Positions 19,800 to 28,600 of a stretch of DNA of 64,000 nt are shown here, piece by piece (within the stretch, counting starts at the first letter, position 1; each line of letters starts with the position of its first letter). The stretch is from Planctomycetota bacterium. Lineage in GTDB: Bacteria > Planctomycetota > SZUA-567 > H5-PLA8. Location of the stretch: NCBI GenBank assembly GCA_038227875.1, contig JBBRPR010000008.1, forward strand, positions 143,595 through 207,594, read 5' to 3'. The position numbers and the translations under genes are program-made. The notes under the pieces are model-generated. The model ran no database searches and was not told the DNA's origin. It saw only the letters and a program-made list of their open reading frames with translations.

Positions 19800-21230
19800 T
19801 CATCCCGTCACCGGCACAATCGCCACCATCTCCGGCTCCGATTCACCCAGAACTTTATGCGGAATGTAGCAGTAGCCCTGGTCGCCCCAATCCGTGCCCC
19901 ACGAATTTTTGACGATATAGAAATTGCCGCGGTAACCCACGATCAGCATCGCGTGGCAGCCGTGCTCGCCGCTGGGTTCTTCCGCCGAGACGAACATGCC
20001 GTCGCGGCCCAGGTTCGAAAAATTCGTCCCGGTATTCATCGAGACCTGCACCGGGCAGCCGGCGCTCAGCACCTTCTTCAAGTCGTCGAGCACAATCGGG
20101 ACGAGCTTCGCCTGCAGGCGGTGTTGCGGCGCGTCCTTGGCCAGCACCGTCTCGCCGGCGACCGGACGCTTCTGATCGTCGGGCCAGTAGCGCTTGTGGC
20201 ACGTGCCTTGTTCGATCAACACCATGCCCGGCCGCACGCCGCCGATGGTACCGTCGCCACCTTTGTAGGCGTAGATCGGATCGCGGAAGTCGCCCTGCAT
20301 CTTCTGGAATTCCAGCATCGTGTACGTGCACGACAGCGGCGCTGAGGGCCGCCCGAGAATATTGTCGACCAGCTCCGTCGCGTGCGTCCACGCGAACGCC
20401 GCGCAGCGCGATGTCTGTCCCTGGTCGCCGACCGGCGTGCAGTACTTCCGCAAGTCCACGGCTTCGCGCGGTTCGACATCCAGCGCCGGGGGCAGGGGAG
20501 GGATCGGCGCGTCGGGCGCCTGTGGATCGTTCTTGCGCAGCACGGTCAGATGCAGCCGCGAGAAATCCGCGTCGGGGTAGAGCTCCAGCAATTCCTCAAA
20601 GACGGTGCCGATCACAAACCCAACCGGCGCCAGCTGATCGTCCTTCTCGACAAAATTCACCGTCTGGTCCGCCGACGGCACGAGATTCACAAACGCGTCG
20701 AGCACCTCTTCGTCGGTGACTTCCGTGTAGCCTTCGTCGGCCAGCCGCGTGACGATGTCGTCGCCGTAAAATTCGTGTTCGCCAAAGAGCCGGTCGGCCG
20801 ATTCCGCGTAATCGTCCTCCGTCCAATCGCCCTCGTCGTCTTCGAAGTCCTGCTCCTCCGCGTTCTGAAAATCGTCGACCGTCGCATACACGTCGTCATC
20901 GACGCCCGCGAGTTCATCCTCGTCGACGTCCGCATCCGGCCCCGCGACACCAGCGCTCTTCGCCGCCGTATCTTCTTCCGCGTCCTCTTCATCCTGATCC
21001 GCGTCGTCGGCCTCTTCTTCGAGTTCCTCGTCTTCAGCCTCGTCGGAGTCCTCTTCGACGTCGTCCTCGTCCGCCGCGTCGTCGTCTTCCTCCTCTTCTT
21101 CATCGTCCGCGTCCTCCTCCGCATCGTCATCGGAGTCATCCGCGTCGCTCTCGTCGTCATCATCTGCCATCAGGAAGAAATCCGGGAACTCGTCGGCCTC
21201 ATCGGGCGTGCTCAAATAGCAAGACATCAT
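19800..21230 (-). CDS. C1A papain-family cysteine peptidase with long acidic N-terminal region
   Basis: SD AGGAG; DLRKYCTPVGDQGQTSRCAAFA, HAMLIVGY, KNSWGTDWGDQGY. Confidence 0.9.
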   Translation of the reverse strand: MMSCYLSTPDEADEFPDFFLMADDDDESDADDSDDDAEEDADDEEEEEDDDAADEDDVEEDSDEAEDEELEEEADDADQDEEDAEEDTAAKSAGVAGPDADVDEDELAGVDDDVYATVDDFQNAEEQDFEDDEGDWTEDDYAESADRLFGEHEFYGDDIVTRLADEGYTEVTDEEVLDAFVNLVPSADQTVNFVEKDDQLAPVGFVIGTVFEELLELYPDADFSRLHLTVLRKNDPQAPDAPIPPLPPALDVEPREAVDLRKYCTPVGDQGQTSRCAAFAWTHATELVDNILGRPSAPLSCTYTMLEFQKMQGDFRDPIYAYKGGDGTIGGVRPGMVLIEQGTCHKRYWPDDQKRPVAGETVLAKDAPQHRLQAKLVPIVLDDLKKVLSAGCPVQVSMNTGTNFSNLGRDGMFVSAEEPSGEHGCHAMLIVGYRGNFYIVKNSWGTDWGDQGYCYIPHKVLGESEPEMVAIVPVTG

Positions 21231-21326
21231 CGCAACTCCTGATTCCAGTCAAAGACGCAAGTGATAACGACCCCCGATAGTTAATCGCGAGTGGTGCCGC
21301 TTCCAAGCGCCTTTTCCACCGAGCGT

Positions 21327-21367
21327 GTAGTCCGCGCAGCCTCGTAGTCCGGGCGTGCCACCCGGTC
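21327..21367. repeat. GTAG-initiated REP-like palindromes
   Basis: gtagtccgcg... and gtagtccgggcgtgccacccggtc. Confidence 0.45.
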
Positions 21368-21492
21368 AACGACGGACGCGCAACTCAACCCCGAACCGCA
21401 TCAATGTAAACGCGCGGGCAATCCTTGCCGCCCCGAATTGTTGAGAATGATGACTCGACACCAAAGTTTCAATATTTATCAAATTCCATCTC

Positions 21493-21520
21493 TTGACAAA
21501 CCCATTTCAAGGTCTATAGT
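21493..21520 (+). promoter_or_regulatory. Near-consensus sigma70 promoter
   Basis: TTGACA-16 bp-TATAGT in AT-rich context. Confidence 0.75.
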
Positions 21521-21526
21521 AAATAT

Positions 21527-21760
21527 CTGGTAGTTTCAAGCTCTCTGACAACCGCATAGGTCTGAGAAGATCGCCAGAATGAGGTGTGGCGTGACCGGAT
21601 CGCACTCCGTCCGCACCACGCCGTACCACAACACTGTTGTACCGGAAAACGCCAAGACCCCCGTTTCATGTAACATTTTGTAACATTTTGTAACATCGCC
21701 CTATGAAGACCGCGTTGTACTTCACACGGTGCAAACAACCTAAATGTTACATGCGGCAGT
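21527..21760 (+). ncRNA. Candidate structured non-coding RNA or non-autonomous element
   Basis: Follows strong promoter; boxA-like GCTCTCTGACAA; stems GGTGTGGCGTG/CACGCCGTACC and CATGTAACATTT/AAATGTTACATG; no credible + strand ORF. Confidence 0.4.
21667..21700 (+). repeat. Three phased 10-bp repeats (TGTAACATTT); second copy at 63721-63754 on minus strand
   Basis: catgtaacattttgtaacattttgtaacatcgcc; 31/34 identical to reverse complement of 63721-63754. Confidence 0.85.
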
Positions 21761-21821
21761 GCCGCAGCCGCGGCGACTAGACCTTTGTGCCCAAAGGCAC
21801 AAAGGTCTGGCTTCGGTACGA

Positions 21822-23816
21822 CTACACGGGGAGCGAAAGCTGGGCGCGGTAGTTGGAATCGTTGTACCACGGCTGGCGCTGAGGGTAGTTGGCGGGCGTG
21901 CGGCCGGGGACGGCATCCGCTTTGTAGATCCAGATTTCGTCGTGGTCCCAGGTCAGGATCTCGTCGATGCCATCGCCGTCCAGGTCGCGGGCGTCGGAGC
22001 AGAGCACAGGGTGGCCATCATCGGGGAACATCACCACGCGCTGCCCGCGGCCGTCGATCAGGCCGCCCTGCCGCGGGTGCGTGGAGAGCAGCACCAGATC
22101 GCCGGGTTGCTGGCCAGCACTAAGAGGGACCCAGTTGACCGGCTGCATCAAACAGGCGTAGGGCATCGGTTCGAATTCGTGGAGCATCGTGCCGCGTTCG
22201 TCGAAGACGGCGGTGATCCCGGCCGGGCCCCAGAAGGTCATGGTCATGATTTCAATGCCCGGGCGTTCGGGGAGCAGATTGGCGGCGCAGAATCCCTGCG
22301 CATGTCCGATGGGATAATGGGTGCGGACGCGGCCTTCCAGATCGAGAATAAAGAAGCCCGCGTCGCTGCCGGCGATGACCACGCGCGGTTGCGCTTCGCC
22401 TTTAGGTCCGTCGGGCCCGTCGTGAAGATCGATGAAGGCGATGTTGTCGGCGTGTTCTTTGTAGCTCACCGACCACATCGGGCGGCCGTTGTGGTCGAGC
22501 TGATAGTAGCCCAGCGCGATTTCGTCTTTGCCGTCGCCGTCAATATCGCGGGCGTGCGGGAAGTGGCCGAGGTTCCCGGAGAACTGCCACAGTTCGTTCA
22601 GGTTCTTGTCGTACGCCCACGCGTTTTTGTAGCGGTCTTTAAGGATGATCGAATCGTCGCGGCCGCTGCCGGTGAGATCGCAGAAGAAAATCGAATCGCC
22701 CATGATGCGGTAGAGATCGCGCGGCCAGCGGTCTTTCAGGACGGGGCGGGGGAGCGTCAGGCGCTGCCGGACTTTCGTGGTCGCGCCGTCGGAGACCCGA
22801 AATTCGAAATCCTGGCAATGGAAGAGTTCAGCCTTGCCGTCGCCGTCGATGTCGTGGAGCTGGAAGCAGAGATCGGCGGTGACCGGCAAGTGGCGGATGC
22901 CGGGTTCGCCGATCGTCCACATCTGTTCGCCGGACAGTTTGTACGCGGCGAGGCTGGTGATCGACGGGTAGTTGTCGCCGCCCAGCCGTTCGGTGCGGCG
23001 CGCGAGCACGATTTCAGGCTCGCCGTCGCCGTCGAGATCGCCGACGCGCAGGTTGCGGTCGGTGCCCCAGCCGGGCGTCTTGATTTTCTTCCAGAGGACA
23101 GCTTTGGGGTGGCGGGCGCGCGCGGATTTCTCAACGTTCTGTTCGCGTTCGAAGTCGCGGATCGATTCTTCGGCCGCGTGGCTGGGCGCCGTAACGCGCA
23201 GATCGCGGAAGCGTGTGACGTCGTTGGCGGCAAAGGCGAAGCAGCCGGTGGAGAAGGCTCCGGCCGATTCATCGGCGCAGGAGATGGCCCGGACGCCGTC
23301 GATGTCGACGACAATCTTCGCGCCAAGGCAGTCGATGCGCACGGCTGTGTAGCGATCGGGATCGAGCGTCGCCGGCGCAGTGCCGAGAACGGTATCCGTA
23401 TCGTTGTCGCGGCGGATGACGCTGGCGATCCCGTCGCAGAAGGTCAGCGCATAAAAGCGGCGCCCGTGGCGGTAGCGAAAGACGATGGCGCGCCAGCGTT
23501 CAGTGGTGAAGGGACGGAGCTGTGCCTCAAGGCACACGTCGCGCCAAATCGGTTGTCCCGCCGCGAGCATCGGCTGCCATTGTTCCGGCGCGATGGTCTG
23601 TTCGAGCACGTGGCGCCCGTCGGCTTCAAGGACAACTTGCCAGTTGCCATGACTGATCGCCGCGTAGGAATGGTGGAGCACCGTCTCGCGCCAGCGCCCG
23701 CTCTCAGCAAGCGCCGGAACAACATGGTATTCCCCCGCCGGCGAGTAATCCCCCGCGATCACGCCAACGGGAAGCGACGAGAAATCTTCTTCGAAGATGA
23801 CCACGCGGGGGTTCAT
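21822..23816 (-). CDS. Rhamnogalacturonan lyase (PL11)-like beta-propeller protein with N-terminal beta-sandwich domain
   Basis: Start MNPRVVIFEEDFS; repeated DLDGDGxxE / DIDGDGKDEI Ca-loops; GHAQ; no signal peptide. Confidence 0.7.
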   Translation of the reverse strand: MNPRVVIFEEDFSSLPVGVIAGDYSPAGEYHVVPALAESGRWRETVLHHSYAAISHGNWQVVLEADGRHVLEQTIAPEQWQPMLAAGQPIWRDVCLEAQLRPFTTERWRAIVFRYRHGRRFYALTFCDGIASVIRRDNDTDTVLGTAPATLDPDRYTAVRIDCLGAKIVVDIDGVRAISCADESAGAFSTGCFAFAANDVTRFRDLRVTAPSHAAEESIRDFEREQNVEKSARARHPKAVLWKKIKTPGWGTDRNLRVGDLDGDGEPEIVLARRTERLGGDNYPSITSLAAYKLSGEQMWTIGEPGIRHLPVTADLCFQLHDIDGDGKAELFHCQDFEFRVSDGATTKVRQRLTLPRPVLKDRWPRDLYRIMGDSIFFCDLTGSGRDDSIILKDRYKNAWAYDKNLNELWQFSGNLGHFPHARDIDGDGKDEIALGYYQLDHNGRPMWSVSYKEHADNIAFIDLHDGPDGPKGEAQPRVVIAGSDAGFFILDLEGRVRTHYPIGHAQGFCAANLLPERPGIEIMTMTFWGPAGITAVFDERGTMLHEFEPMPYACLMQPVNWVPLSAGQQPGDLVLLSTHPRQGGLIDGRGQRVVMFPDDGHPVLCSDARDLDGDGIDEILTWDHDEIWIYKADAVPGRTPANYPQRQPWYNDSNYRAQLSLPV

Positions 23817-23869
23817 GGAGGAAGTATAGGGAAAACGGGCAGCGCGCGCAAAACTAAACCGGGTCAGCT

Positions 23870-24082
23870 GAAGGGACAATGGAGCATAGCCGGGGGCCGG
23901 CCTGAAAGGCCGAGCCCCCGGACACGATTTGCACAGGAGATTTTGCGCCCTGACGGGGCGCTGGATGATTGTCGGGTTGAGGCGCGGCGTCCGGCGCCCC
24001 TTCAGGGCGCTGTCGCGCAAGGGAATTGTTCCGGGGGCTCGGCCCTTCAGGCCGGCCCCCGGCTAAGCTCCGTTGTCCCTTC
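23870..24082. mobile_element. REPIN/MITE-like element with 53-bp inverted arms and internal REP hairpins
   Basis: 23870-23922 is the reverse complement of 24030-24082 with 3 mismatches; internal cgccctgacggggcg and cgccccttcagggcg. Confidence 0.75.
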
Positions 24083-24177
24083 GGGACACGTACGGCATGC
24101 GTAGCAGGAAGCGTCTCCGAAATCGGAAGTTTAATTCGTTAGCGTGCGAATTTCTTTGGCGCTAAAATCGTTGTTCT

Positions 24178-24516
24178 ATGACTGAGGCTCCGCGGCGGAA
24201 AATATGGCAGTGGCATCTCAGCACGGCGATTGTGATGTCGTTTGTTGCAGGAGGGATCGTTTGGGCGAATACGGTTAAGCATTATGGCGTTGAAATTTGG
24301 GAAGGTGATCGCGTTCATCAATATTTCTACGGTTGGCCATTGTATTATTCAAAGTATGTCAGTGACCCACCGCCCGGCCTTTCCGGGTATGTTCAAGCTC
24401 CATATTGGAATTATTCCTATGAGTGTTTTGCGCTCGATGTTGCCATCGGGATTGGGATATTGTTGGTAACCGGATTCCTAATTGAGTTTGTTCTGCGTCG
24501 CCGTGCCGCCTCATAA
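24178..24516 (+). CDS. Small low-GC two-TM membrane protein
   Basis: WQWHLSTAIVMSFVAGGIVWAN...YGWP...DVAIGIGILL; AT-richer than neighbours. Confidence 0.7.
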   Translation: MTEAPRRKIWQWHLSTAIVMSFVAGGIVWANTVKHYGVEIWEGDRVHQYFYGWPLYYSKYVSDPPPGLSGYVQAPYWNYSYECFALDVAIGIGILLVTGFLIEFVLRRRAAS

Positions 24517-24554
24517 GCTAATCTGAGTGCTCTTCGGGAGCGCACGGGCTGGAT

Positions 24555-24890
24555 GCCGCAACCCTTTCAGGGTTGTCTCGCAGGTTTGGTGCCTCACCCC
24601 AGGGTAGCCGTTAGCCCTTTGGGCTAAATGACAATGACGAGGACGACTGAGCGCACGACTCGGACATAGTTCGAGTAGTTTGGTAGGCCAGGCGCCACGC
24701 ATGCGTCTGAAAACGGCCTCAGACGCATGGCACCCAACGACGACACGGGAGCAAGACGAGAGCAATGGTATTGGACAGCGGCCAAGTGCACCGTCTAGCA
24801 CCCCTCCGGGGTGCCGCCGCTAGTGGGCGCATTGTCCGGTGGTGTCGCTGCGCTCAACCACCGGCTAATGTCTATGAACCCTCCGGGTTC
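24555..24890. repeat. Cluster of degenerate REP-like hairpins
   Basis: caaccctttcagggttg; catgcgtctga/tcagacgcatg; gcacccctccggggtgc; ccggtggt/accaccgg; gaaccctccgggttc. Confidence 0.6.
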
Positions 24891-24900
24891 ACGGTGGCGA

Positions 24901-24973
24901 AGTTCGAGCATTGGAGTTGGGCTTGCCGCGGCAGCGAACACAATTCAAAACTAAAAATTCAAAACTCAAAACT
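24901..24973. repeat. Heptamer-arm hairpin (AACTCAA-type), degenerate left arm
   Basis: agttcgagcattggagtt ... aattcaa aactaaa aattcaa aactcaa aact. Confidence 0.65.
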
Positions 24974-25007
24974 GCCGTCAAGCACACACTAAACCCCAGC
25001 GCGCTGC

Positions 25008-25823
25008 CTAAAACTCCGGCTCGTTCGCAAACTTCTCCACCGGCTTCGCTTGCGCGGCGGTCAGCGGCGGGGGGTCGCGGTAGGCCTCCACTTCGACCAC
25101 GTGGAAGAAACTGTTGACGTTGTTGTACGTGCCGGTCAGCCGGATTTGTTTGACGACTTGCAGCTCGAAATGGATGTCCTGCCAGCCACGGCATTCGTCG
25201 TCGTTCTTGGCGGGGTCGGCGACGGTGATCCAGTGGTCGGGCTGGCCGTCGGCGCTGACTTCCAGCTTGTAGTAGTAGTAGCGTTCCTCGGCGAGATTCC
25301 AGAGCAGGATGCGGATGCAGTTGAGCTTCACGGGCTGTGCCAGCGTGATCAGGAACGGCTGGGCCGGTTCGATCGTCGACGTGGCGAAACCGCTTCCGCC
25401 GGTGTAGCTCAAGTTGCCGTCGATCAGGCAGTCGGGGTTGCGGCCGCCGGTCGCGGTGGCGCCGTTGCTGGCGAGCGCGAAGTTGGTGCCGGGCGCGTAT
25501 GTCTTTTCAGTCTCAGTTTGGCCCGGTGCGGGGGCGGGTTTGTCGAGGCCATTGGGCGGCACGATCACCACGGACGGGGTGGTCGGCACGGGCTCATCGA
25601 CTATCACTGGCTTGGGTGCGGGAGGTTCGATGTGCGGGCCGCGGTCGAAGACTCTCGAATCTGAGAAGGCGAAGGCGATGACCACGGCGGCGATGGCGCC
25701 GGAGATCAGGCCGAGTGGACCGAACGCGCTGAAACGCGGACCGCCTCGCCCGGGTCCATCGCCGGGTCCATCGGAGGGGTTAGAAGGGCCTGCCGGGTTG
25801 GGCTGCTCAGACTGACTCATCAT
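25008..25823 (-). CDS. Membrane-anchored discoidin/F5-8 type C domain protein
   Basis: TM helix; NFALASNGATA, LIDGN, YKLEVSADG, IRLTGT, VVEVEAY. Confidence 0.8.
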   Translation of the reverse strand: MMSQSEQPNPAGPSNPSDGPGDGPGRGGPRFSAFGPLGLISGAIAAVVIAFAFSDSRVFDRGPHIEPPAPKPVIVDEPVPTTPSVVIVPPNGLDKPAPAPGQTETEKTYAPGTNFALASNGATATGGRNPDCLIDGNLSYTGGSGFATSTIEPAQPFLITLAQPVKLNCIRILLWNLAEERYYYYKLEVSADGQPDHWITVADPAKNDDECRGWQDIHFELQVVKQIRLTGTYNNVNSFFHVVEVEAYRDPPPLTAAQAKPVEKFANEPEF

Positions 25824-25908
25824 AACCTTTAAACGCAAAAACCGTACAAAGGTCTCGGGAATATTGGAAGAGATTCGGACCTTATACGTCCAACACTCGC
25901 GCGCGGTG

Positions 25909-26364
25909 TTACGGATTGGCCGGCTGGTCGTCGGCCTTGAGTTCGTTCTGGGCGTCCTGGCGTTTGGTGCCGCCGGGTCCGAAAAGTTTCAGAGCCGCGC
26001 GGTTGAGGTGGAATTTGCTCTGATGACACGTGGCACAGTCCTGATTCAGACCGAACGACGGGCTTTTGCGCATGATCTGTGCGCGGTTGCCGATCTGGGT
26101 GAGGACCAGTTTGTCGGGCGACTGGATGTCTTCGACCTTGTCAGTTGTGTGGCAGAATTTGCAGTCCACGCGGTACCGGTCGGATTCCTGCTGGCATTCG
26201 CGCACGACCTTCTGCCGCGGCGTTTCCTTGATGCGGCGGTCGAAGAGCTTGGAATCGCGGATGGAATCAATGGCGCCGCTGGTCGTCGGCGTATCCACCG
26301 AGCAGGCGCTGATGACGCAGACGATCATAGCGGTTAAGGTGTAGAGGCAGTACTTGGGTGTCAC
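25909..26364 (-). CDS. Small diheme c-type cytochrome lipoprotein
   Basis: SD AGGAG, GTG start, lipobox-like ISAC, CKFCH and CATCH. Confidence 0.75.
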   Translation of the reverse strand: MTPKYCLYTLTAMIVCVISACSVDTPTTSGAIDSIRDSKLFDRRIKETPRQKVVRECQQESDRYRVDCKFCHTTDKVEDIQSPDKLVLTQIGNRAQIMRKSPSFGLNQDCATCHQSKFHLNRAALKLFGPGGTKRQDAQNELKADDQPANP

Positions 26365-26428
26365 TGTGGGTCTCCTGGTTGTTAACTTACTTGCGCGTGT
26401 CCGGATTGCAAAGGGCGTCTTGCGACGC

Positions 26429-26624
26429 GGCGTCTGACGACGCAGGGGTCAGGGGTCAGGGGCCAGGGGTCAGAAGTTGGGTGCGTTCATTTTAATGTTG
26501 CCTTGTCCGGGTTGGGTGTAGAGGCGCAAGCGGTTGGGATTACCGTTGGGCAGAAAACGAGATTCAGCATGTACGCGCTCCCAACTCTGGCCCCTAACCC
26601 CTAACCCCTGCGTCGAAAGACGCC
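26429..26624. repeat. Inverted heptamer-arm element (GGGGTCA-type) with ~100-bp spacer
   Basis: ggcgtctgacgacgcaggggtcaggggtcaggggccag...gttggg / cccaactctggcccctaacccctaacccctgcgtcgaaagacgcc. Confidence 0.8.
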
Positions 26625-26725
26625 TCAGAAAAAGTTTGCTTCAGGTGCATGTTGCGCATTGAATGGCCGATAATGTTCGTATAGGGTTTTGCTCCTTAGA
26701 GTTATGCTCTCCTTAAGGGGGAGCA

Positions 26726-27709
26726 GTGAAAGGGCTTAAACTGGAATCGATCTTTACTTACATCGGCTACAGAGCGATCACGGCACTATCGAATTTGTTG
26801 CCGCGGGGGACGCAATATGCGATTGCGCACCGCATGGCCGACGCTCATTACCTGTTCGATAAGCGCGCGCGAGAGAGCGTGAAGGCCAACCTTCGTGCGA
26901 TTTTGGGGCCCGATGCTTCTGAAGAGAGCGTGCGCGAACAGGCGCGCTGGGTGTTCCGGTCGTTCGGGATGTACCTGTGCGAATTTCTGGGCTACCGGCA
27001 TTACGGACCGGCCTTTGTGGACGCTCATGTCACGGTGCAGGGCCGCGAGTACCTCGACGCGGCATTGGCGCGCGGCAAGGGTGTGATTTTCTGTTCGGCG
27101 CATTATTCCAACTGGGAACTGGGCGCGACGACGTTCGCGCATCTCGGTTATCCGGTGGTCGCGATCACGCAGATGCATGCGCATTCGAAGGTGAACGAGA
27201 TGTTCGTCCGCCAGCGCGCGGTGCGCGGCGTGGAAGTGGTGCATAGCGATCGGGGCGCGAAGGCGGCGCTGAAGGCGCTGCGTTCGAACAAGACCGTGGC
27301 AATGCTCGGCGATCGGACCACAGGCGGGCCCGTCGTCAACGTGAAGCTCTTCGGGCGCAGCACGGGGATTCCACAGGGACCGTGGCGCATGGCGTACACG
27401 ACCGGCGCAACGGTGCTGCCGACGTTCATTCACCGCCGCTTCAACAATTCGTACACGATGGAAATTTCGCCGGCGATCACGCTTGAGCAGGGCGACCGCG
27501 ATCAGGCCATGGCGGTGGCGGCTCAGGCGTGGGCCAACTGCCTGGAAGCTCAACTGCGCGCCGATCCGTGTCAGTGGGCGACGTTCACGCCGTTCTGGGA
27601 TGCAAACGGGATTGCGGGGACGGCAGGGGCGGGGCAGGACTTGCTCGACGTGGGCGAAAAAGTTGACGCGGCGGCAAATCCGCCGAAGATGTCCGCACAG
27701 GACGCGTGA
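26726..27709 (+). CDS. Lysophospholipid/lipid A late acyltransferase (LpxL/HtrB family)
   Basis: SAHYSNWELG (HxxxxE), ALRSNKTVAMLGDR, LFG, PCQW. Confidence 0.85.
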   Translation: MKGLKLESIFTYIGYRAITALSNLLPRGTQYAIAHRMADAHYLFDKRARESVKANLRAILGPDASEESVREQARWVFRSFGMYLCEFLGYRHYGPAFVDAHVTVQGREYLDAALARGKGVIFCSAHYSNWELGATTFAHLGYPVVAITQMHAHSKVNEMFVRQRAVRGVEVVHSDRGAKAALKALRSNKTVAMLGDRTTGGPVVNVKLFGRSTGIPQGPWRMAYTTGATVLPTFIHRRFNNSYTMEISPAITLEQGDRDQAMAVAAQAWANCLEAQLRADPCQWATFTPFWDANGIAGTAGAGQDLLDVGEKVDAAANPPKMSAQDA

Positions 27710-27750
27710 GAGTTCGACACCAGCACGAGCAAGAGCATCAGGAGGGATGA

Positions 27751-28440
27751 ATGGGCGTACGACCGGAACGTTGCGACGAAATTTGTGCGATCATCCCCTG
27801 CTACAACGAAGCGGCGTCGATCCGGCGGATTGTGCGCGCGACGAAAGTTCATGTTGGGACAGTGCTGGTGGTTGATGATTGTTCCACCGACGACACGGTG
27901 AAGGAAGCCGAAGCAGCCGGCGCGGTGGTCCTGCGTCATCCCAGAAACCAGGGCAAGGGTGCGGCGCTGAAGACGGCGTTCCGCGAAGCGGCGGCGCGCG
28001 GTTTCAAAGCCGCAGTGACCATTGACGGCGACGGCCAGCACGACACTACGGAAATTCCGCTCTTTGTGGACGCGTATCTGCAGGGCGATTGCCATCTGGT
28101 GCTCGGCAACCGCATGGACGACACGCGTTCGATGCCGTTTGTGCGGCGCTACACCAATCGCTTTACGTCGTGGGCGATCAGTCGCATGGTCGGCGTGCCG
28201 ATCCGCGATACACAGTGCGGCTTTCGGTTGATCGGCCTGGATTTCTGGCAGGCGACGCGCCTGGACAGCTGCCGCTTCGATCTCGAGTCAGAGATCCTGA
28301 TCAAAGCCTGCCGCAGCGGCGCGAAGGTGAAGCAGGTGCGCGTGCGGACGATCTATTTCGGCACGGACCGGAGCAAGATCAATCCGGTGGTCGACACGTA
28401 TCGGTTTTTTCATATTTTGTGGCGCTGCAGGAACGCTTGA
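27751..28440 (+). CDS. GT2 glycosyltransferase (DPM-synthase-like)
   Basis: IIPCYNE, VVDDCSTD, NQGKGAA, DGDGQH, DTQCGFR. Confidence 0.9.
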   Translation: MGVRPERCDEICAIIPCYNEAASIRRIVRATKVHVGTVLVVDDCSTDDTVKEAEAAGAVVLRHPRNQGKGAALKTAFREAAARGFKAAVTIDGDGQHDTTEIPLFVDAYLQGDCHLVLGNRMDDTRSMPFVRRYTNRFTSWAISRMVGVPIRDTQCGFRLIGLDFWQATRLDSCRFDLESEILIKACRSGAKVKQVRVRTIYFGTDRSKINPVVDTYRFFHILWRCRNA

Positions 28441-28445
28441 ACGGC

Positions 28446-28600
28446 ATTTCGGATTGCGGATTGCGGATTGCGGATTGCGGATTGGAAATCGGACGCGACC
28501 CGCATGAAGACAGTTGGCTGTGCTGGATACAATTTGAATTTTGCTCTCGAAATAATAGTCGCCTTCTAATCCGCAATCCGCAATCCGAAATCCGCAATCG
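28446..28600. repeat. Inverted heptamer-arm element (GGATTGC/GCAATCC) between convergent genes
   Basis: atttcgg(attgcgg)4attgg ... aatccgc aatccgc aatccga aatccgc aatcg; right arm encodes the last codons of the mnmE-like gene. Confidence 0.85.

Noticed and set aside
21527..21800. Assignment to tRNA, 6S, SRP, tmRNA or RNase P RNA
   Set aside because: No cloverleaf/T-loop, no long end-to-end 6S rod and no conserved SRP/RNase P/tmRNA motifs recognised
23817..24020. N-terminal extensions in ORF-track calls (also 9612, 34292, 34894, 37767, 46409, 61539 starts)
   Set aside because: They run through repeats or neighbouring genes; better starts are supported by SD, -10 or ATGA coupling
24100..24530. 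Integron cassette interpretation of the low-GC gene
   Set aside because: No RYYYAAC...GTTRRRY attC structure and no integrase
24625..24690. Minus-strand peptide NYSNYVRVVRS resembling a DGR variable-region end (DUF1566-like)
   Set aside because: No second copy (TR/VR pair), no reverse transcriptase, no intact ORF
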